Origin: Raillietiella orientalis
Lineage: Eukaryota
Direction: 5' to 3'
DNA length: 64,000 nucleotides
Assembly (NCBI GenBank): GCA_036172245.1
Contig: JAYWIR010000001.1
Coordinates: 4,960,001-5,024,000, forward strand
This document shows positions 57,413-64,000 of this stretch, in pieces. Positions within the stretch are counted from its first letter, which is position 1. Every line of letters starts with the position of its first letter. The notes under the pieces are model-generated. The model did no database searches, was not told the DNA's origin, and worked only from the letters and a program-made list of their open reading frames with translations. The position numbers were made by a program, and so were the translations under genes.

Positions 57413-60029
57413 CTCTGCCCGGTGACCCCGAGGAGAAGAGCAGTCTGGAATGATGTTTTTTTTTCACCGAGGGGATACCGGGACTTCTTCCCTGCTCGTG
57501 ACAGTTGCATTGAGGACGCTTCCGCGCTCCCGGTCAAGAAATCCGAGGTCTCCCGACCAAACGGAAAACGACAGACGGGAGCTCCCAGCTCCTGAAAAGA
57601 CAACGCTCCCAGCTTCACTCCTGGGTGCTCTAAGAAACGAAGGCTGCCGTCCCCTCTGCTGCCGGGAAGAGCTAGGAGAATCGGAGTGAAAGACACGGAG
57701 AGACGGACCTTTCAGAAGGCAGCGCCGCAGATCTTCCGCGTCCTTGACGAGGCTTCCTGATCGTTTGCGGTGAGGAGCGGAAAAAGGAAAAAAAGCGAAA
57801 CCCACAGCTCCTTCTTTGGCCAAACTACTCTCTCTCGTCTTCAAGGAGGTGCAAGTGCACAGAACAATCTGCAAAGATGACCGCAGACAGATGCGTTCCC
57901 TTCCTCATGCCAAGATGTTTCTGATCACCTACTGAGGATGGTTGATGTGGATGACAGAATTTTCGAGACCTCTGGGAAACATGAGAGGCTTACAGCTGTC
58001 TTGAGAGATGCTATCACGGCGGGGCAGGCAGCCGAGACGACGGCCCACTTGGAGGAAGAAAGAAGCTGCCCTTTTCTAAACCAGCACTATCTTGATGATG
58101 ACAGATGCCCCCCGAATGGACCAGCGCCTTTTCGCGACTTCTGTGGCTCGCTCTTGAGCTTCCTTTGTTGCTGATTTTGCTTTTGTCTATTCGTTTTGCC
58201 TTTCCTTTTATTCCTTTCCTGCTTGCAGTTGATGGCGTCTGGCATCCTCAAGGTGGAACGGGGATGAATGGCTGCAGATGACCTGCCTTAGTGACACACT
58301 TCACTTGGCCAACGCACTGTGGATGCCGCCTTCACATCCCGCACCTCGTAATCCCTAGAGGTTCGCTTCCGGGAGCGGTAACCAACAACCCTACAGGGGA
58401 GCGCGTGGTACTGCGTGCCGGCCGGGCGGCTTCCGCCCGGCTCCGAAGTCCTCGGTTTCGAGAGGCGCCGTTTTGCCGGCGGCAGTCTGGAGAGAGGAGT
58501 CATGCACGCGATGGAGCGCATTTCCCAATCGACACTGGATGAGGAAGCTCCAGGTGCCCGCTGCTGCATCCCTCCAGACTCCACTTTCTCGTTCTTCCCC
58601 CATCTCCCCTGCATGCGGTCAGTTCACAGCGCGGGTGCGTGCTTCCCTGTCCGCTCCCGGGGAAAGTGCACCCCAAGATGAAAAGGAGTTCCGATACCAT
58701 GGTTACAAACCTTGTTATCTCGCATCGATTGGTCGCCATCTCGTTATCGGTAACGAGAAATCTGCAGCCCTACAGGACGTGATCGCCGTCTAATAAGCCC
58801 AGCACGTAGAACGAGACTTCCATGGACGGTGACGGGAGAGAGGGTGGAGGTGCGCATGCGCACCGATTCCCCGCGGGACCGTGTATTCGAAGACCCGGTG
58901 GCCGAAGGTTACCGGAAGGGAGAGATGCGGGAGAAACTTCCCCTTTTTCCGTTCGTGCAAAGGACGCATCCCTCCGAGCCACAAAGATGAAGTGGTGCCG
59001 CAGGGAGTCCCTCCCAACGCGGGACGCAGCGCGTGGTCTCGATTTTTGAACGGTGCTCAAGGCTATGTTGCCCGGTGACCCGAGGAGTAAGAGAAGGAAG
59101 GGAAGGAGGAGGGGAAGGGGCAAGGGAGCAGAGGAGCAGGGGAAGAGGGAAGAAGAGAGGAGGGGAGGGGGAGGGGGCGCCAGCCTCCAGCCATGGCGCG
59201 AACTGCCGGGAGCAGGGAGCCTGGGCATCTCCCAGATGAGCCCAGATCAGCCAAAGTGATGAAGTCAGATAATTTTGCATGCGAACGGCTTTGAGGCGCG
59301 AGAGGCAGAGGAATGACTTCTTCGACCGAGAGAAGCAGCTGCAGTACCGCTGTCCCGGGCATGGCAAACGGGTACTCTCGTCCAGAGAACCTGTTTTTTC
59401 GGCGCCATCCGCAACCGAGTGATTCCCGCAGCGGTGGGGAAATTGAGAGGAAGAACCAGTGGGAAGCACCTTTCTCTCGTTGCTTATTCTTCTGCTGCTG
59501 CTGCTTTAGAGTCCAAACGAAGACGCAGGAGCGTTCTTTAAGCCGCCCACGACCTGACGCGCAGGGCAGCAGGGCGCGAGCCAGCTCTCGGCGCCAAAGA
59601 CCTTATTGAATAAATGGCTTCCCTGAGCGAGTAGGTGCATCCCGACCCTTCCTCCTTGTCCCCAGTAATCCTTTGAGCTCTCCGTTTCGAATGTTCCCGG
59701 TATTTCGACACACCTCCGCCCCGCTCGCGTTCCCCCTGCCACTTAATCTGCTCCCCAACGAGGACAGCAGTGCCTGCCGAAGGAACCCGCTGGGCGCTGC
59801 TGCCGCGATCCCTCGTTAATCTCATGTCCTGGTCCCCGCGTCCCGCGAAATCCTCAGTGTCGTGGACTCCTCTTGCTCCTAGCTCGGTCATCGGGTGAGC
59901 GCTGGCCGCGAGCGTGCGTCTCGTCACGTGCCAGTTGCGCACACTCGCAGCCCTGCCGACCCTCTGTTCTTGTATGATGACGCATGCTTCCCGACTGACC
60001 ACGTGTGTCTTTTCTGAGTGATCCTGCAA

Positions 60030-60425
60030 TACACAGATGACCAAGGGAACCCGCGGAGATCCGTAGCGATCCATGGGTGTCAAGGATGCGTCCTAGGATG
60101 ACCCGGGAAGATCCGCCGAGAACTAAGCCGACCCAGGACGAATCGCACAAACTCAGGACGACTTTTTCTTCATCTTCTTCATAGCTACCATGAGTGACCC
60201 AGAGATGAGAAAAGAATCGAAAGTGTCCACGGCGACTTGATGAGACTTTGGGTTCCACCTTGTGTTTGCCTAGCATGACCCAGAGAGGAAACAAGAGAAG
60301 ACCAAGGCCACCAAGAGGTACCCACAGGTACCAATAAGAGTAAGAATAAAAATCCAACGCTGTCAAGAGAGACCCAGGGCGACTTGGAATGACACAGAGC
60401 AACTCAAGGCGACCTAGGAGGACCG
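60030..60425 (+). repeat. Degenerate 10-bp-period minisatellite (consensus ~GNGACCCAGR)
   Basis: GAGACCCAGG GCGACTTGGA ATGACACAGA GCAACTCAAG GCGACCTAGG in phase at ~60369-60418, with further ATGACCCAGA/GTGACCCAGA words upstream. Confidence 0.6.
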
Positions 60426-60439
60426 TTTTGCGAAAGCAC

Positions 60440-60620
60440 TACGGTGGAGGAGGATGCGCTTCGAATGATCTTCGGCTGTCGAATCCTTCCAGCCTTCGCG
60501 TGAGGAGGAGAGTGTAGCCTTGGCAACTCACAGGGTTCATCCCTTCGCCTATCCCTTCGTGTGACCAAGGGAGGCGTCCAGCCCAACACAGACGCCGCTC
60601 GCTACCGCGTTTCCCATCGT
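60440..60620 (+). mobile_element. Possible older degenerate copy of the zf-RVT LINE region
   Basis: EESVALATHRVHPFAY-TKGGVQPN aligns loosely to QESALILLHWGLPCN...NKGVDPN of the 46-kb LINE. Confidence 0.25.
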
Positions 60621-61389
60621 CGCCGGCTCCGTGCCGCGGGGAATGAAAGAAAGAGAAAGCGGCTGCCGAGCCACTGCTGTGATGCGGCGCGCCGCCCACG
60701 ACAACTGAGAGCTACTCTGAGGAACAGAATCGCCGTCGGTGTGCACCGAAAGGGGCGCCTCACATGGGGGCAGGAACTTCATCTCAGAGGGGAGGCTGGA
60801 ACGGAATGCGCGACGGCGCGCGGAAGAGGGAGCAAGGGCCTCCAGAGAGGGGCAAGGAGCTCCGCGAGTGGAAAAATGCTGTGCCCGTTCTATTCCCCTT
60901 CCCCTCATTCAGAAGGGAGGAGCGCTTTCCCTCCGATTTGGACAAGGGTGCCTATCTGCAAGGGGATGCTGGGAAGTCAGCATAAGCGGGGTGGCTAGAA
61001 GCTACGGTGCCCACCTCGACGTCCGCCTCCACCGCAGCCACGCCACACGGCCTGCTCCCGCCGCTTCCTTCCCAACCAGCCTCCACGGAGAGATGCTGCC
61101 CCATCTCGCGCCCTGGAGCCCCAGGATTGGCTTCACCCCATTGCCCGATGACGACAGGCAGGTCTTCACTTGAGCGCTTCACGCAGGTGCTGAAGGCGGC
61201 CTCGACCGCCGGGTCGGGCTGCGATGGAGAGAAGAGAAAGGAAACCAAAGGATTCTCTGGAAGAAGGAACGTCCCGAACGGGAGCGCTTCTGGGACAACG
61301 CCTGCCGCCGGGACGCAGACGAACGCTCTTCGCAGCATCCGCGGAGGCGCAATAAATAAATCACGGCTCGAAAGCTGCCTGCCGGCGTC

Positions 61390-62560
61390 CTGGAGAGAGA
61401 GAGGAAGGGAGGAGAAGGAAGGGGGGCGGGAGGTAGGGAAGCGAAACGACAGCATCCTACCCGTTGGAGAGATAGGGATCGAGGCGGCGCTTTTCCCCCA
61501 GGAGATCGTGATAGACGGCGCGGAGGGCAACGACGCGGGCGCTCCATTACCTTCTATCATTGTAATTAGAGGGATCCTCGGTGCGTCCATTAGAGATCTG
61601 AGCTCTGCCCTTCCCTTTAGGGACGCGCGATCCCTGGGTCCGGGTATCCTCTCTCCCCTCTTCATCCATCGAGAGTCCCCATTGAAACGCGTCCTGTGGC
61701 TCTCCATGCGTTCTGCGAGCCACGGCGCAGTCTCGTCTTCCTCGCCACAGTACGACTCAGAGTTTCCCAGTCACCACTGACCAGGCTTCGGCCAAGTCGA
61801 AAGGGGTCGCTCATTCCGTCCGTACTCCATGGGGGATTCGTGCTGCTGACCCGAGGAAGGATAGACGGATCGACCCTTCCTCGCCCTCAAGGAACGCCCG
61901 AGGAGGCCGGCCGACCAGCGGCAGAGTCATCGGGAAGTGGAAAGGGTTCCGCCCTGCTCATCTTCTCTTCATCCCCCTCTGCTGTCCGAAATCCCCGAGA
62001 GACGTCTCATAGACCCGGTAGTCCCCAAGACGCCTCTATGGGGATTCTCCGAAGATACCGCTCATTATTGTCTCGTCTTGGTTTTCTAGCTTCTCCTCCT
62101 CTTCCCTCCTCTTCCTTTCCCCTCCTCCTCCATTCCTCCCTCTTCTTCTCCCTCCTTTCCTCTAATTCCTGTTCCTCCTCCCTCCCTCTATGTGCCTGCT
62201 CCCTCAGCCTACTGCCCCTCCTCCCTTTTTGGACACTTCGGCATTGCACTGTGAGCGTGATCGTAGGAGACAGGAAAGATTTCGCCTTTTCGCGGCGTCG
62301 CTTGTGATGGAACACCTTCCGTTGTGCTTTCCGTCCAGATCCCCCCGGCCTCCCTCCCGGTTCTATCCCCGCTTCCCTCCTTCCTCTTCCGTGCGGACTC
62401 CCCCTTGGAATCTCCCTGTCTCCATCTCCTTCCTGCGCTCGCAGCAGCCGCCGCAACAGATGACGCACAGGTCGGGAGGGAGTGCAGCAGATTAGGGCAC
62501 CCGTGCGTGGATACCTCCCGCTCCGAGCGTGACCGAAGATGGGGGGACCACTTCCGGTTG
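61390..62560 (+). repeat. Diverged GC-rich repeat family C copy (partner 34650-35600)
   Basis: Same collinear words as listed for 34650-35600, with an inserted pyrimidine tract at ~62090-62230. Confidence 0.5.
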
Positions 62561-63679
62561 CGACCGCGGAGGAATGGAGCCCTAGGGAGCTAGACGCTCG
62601 CGCTGGGGAGCGCTGCCGGGTGGTCCATCGCAGGAGGTGGCATCCCTGTAGCCGTATCCCAGGGGGAGCGTCTCGGGGAGGGCTAGCTCCTGCTCGAAAG
62701 AAGGGAGGGAGCTCCACGCTCTGAACTCCTTCCGACCGTCCTCGGAGAGCTCAGCACTGCTTCCCCTCCTCGACTTTCTGGATCCGGAGCGTATTTCTTC
62801 CGGAGTAAGGCAGGAGGAGAAAGAAGAGAGGAAAGGGAGCGCCGTTCCTGGCCTGCTTTTTGAATGCGCCCCCTCAGCAGCCCCGTCTTTTCCTTCAGAC
62901 CACCTTGCAGAGGAAGGAAGTCAAGAACGGGCTATCGACTGCTCTTCCGGGTGTGCGTTCCCCCCCCTCCGGTGTAGGGCACCCAGGATTGAGCAGAGTC
63001 CAAAGTCTTCCTTCCGGTGGAGCGTGCCGAGTTCTTCTGCAGCCCTCCAGAGAGGCGGGTGATCGCGTTTTTGTTAGTCGGAAGAGGAGCGCGGGAGACC
63101 ACGAACGAGTGCGTTCCTCCGCAGTTCGTCCAAGACCCTTCCACGTTTTGAAAAGAGGGAGGAAGAAATGCTACTCACCCACCCATCACCCGTATCGGGC
63201 AGCGAGCGCTCTGCAGAATCGCGAGAGACCGGTGGCCACAGGGCTGCCCAGTGGTTTTGCAAACGGAGGTGGGTGGGAAGAGCTAGAGATGAGCGGAAGA
63301 GGCAGCGAGGAAGGTGACGACAGCAGGATGGAGAGCGGAGAAAGCGGAATATGCGCGTGGGAGGAGCGGCGATGAAAGCGACATCCTTGGGCAGGTTGCC
63401 TTCGAAAGAGAGCGGCCAAAGTTCCTCTCATCTCCCTCCTCCTCCCCTCCCACTCACAAAAGAGGACGAGTCGAACAAACTTCCGCTTTTCACCACTCTC
63501 CGGACCTACTCGCGCCTAACGGCATCAGTTTGGAGAGAAGGACACCCTAGCCACACGCAGGAAAGAGATCCCAATCGGCCACCTCTCCACGAGAAAGTGG
63601 AAGCGGTGACTCACCTTACCGGAGGAGGAATCCCTTGCCCCCCATAGGCGGCAGCTCTTTAGCAGATGAAGCCATCGTT

Positions 63680-64000
63680 TCCTCATCCCTTTCTACTCTC
63701 CTCTTTCTCTTCCTCTCCCCTACCTCTTCCTTCTCCTCTCCTCTTCTTACCCACTTCTTCCTCCTCCTCCTCCTCCTCTTCCTCTCCTCTTCTTTCCCTC
63801 TTCCTCTTCCCCTCCTCTTCCTCCTCCATTCTTTATCCTCACAGTTCTTCCTTCCTTCCCCCCTCCCCTCCCTTGTTCTCCTTCTCTCTTTTCCGTCCAT
63901 ATCCCCATACTTTTCCTCCTTTTCTTTTTCCTCCTCCCCTTTTCGTTTCCCATGCCTTCACTCCCTTTCTTTGCTCTGTTTCTCCTCCTTCTCTTCCTTT
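63680..64000. repeat. Low-complexity polypyrimidine (CT/CCT) tract
   Basis: Almost exclusively C/T for ~320 bp. Similar tracts occur at 26030-26120 and 62090-62230. Confidence 0.9.

Overview
This looks like eukaryotic (invertebrate metazoan) nuclear DNA of roughly 50% GC, with poly(A)/poly(T) tracts and microsatellites. It shows no bacterial gene density, and I could not support any intact host gene; almost all listed ORFs appear spurious. The window reads as a graveyard of decayed genes and mobile elements. The best-supported novelty is a nested mosaic of three genomes at 50.3-51.85 kb. A mitochondrial ND5 pseudogene (numt, invertebrate mitochondrial code) is split at a duplicated TTAA by a 774-bp non-autonomous piggyBac-like element, and removing that element restores the ND5 frame through to its stop. 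The element carries a clean 42-codon piece of a Wolbachia-type IS982 transposase. The whole stack appears to sit inside a decayed TBK1/IKK-epsilon-like kinase, next to a ~9-kb IKK-beta-like pseudogene. Also present: a ~0.6-0.7 kb tRNA-derived SINE family (4 copies, one interrupted by an L1/Tx1-type LINE 3' end with a conserved terminal stem-loop), an AT-rich foldback element with perfect 55-bp terminal inverted repeats, a probable second numt (ND2-like), decayed MCT-transporter-like and ankyrin-like genes, and diverged GC-rich repeats. All homology calls come from manual translation and motif recognition; no database searches were run.
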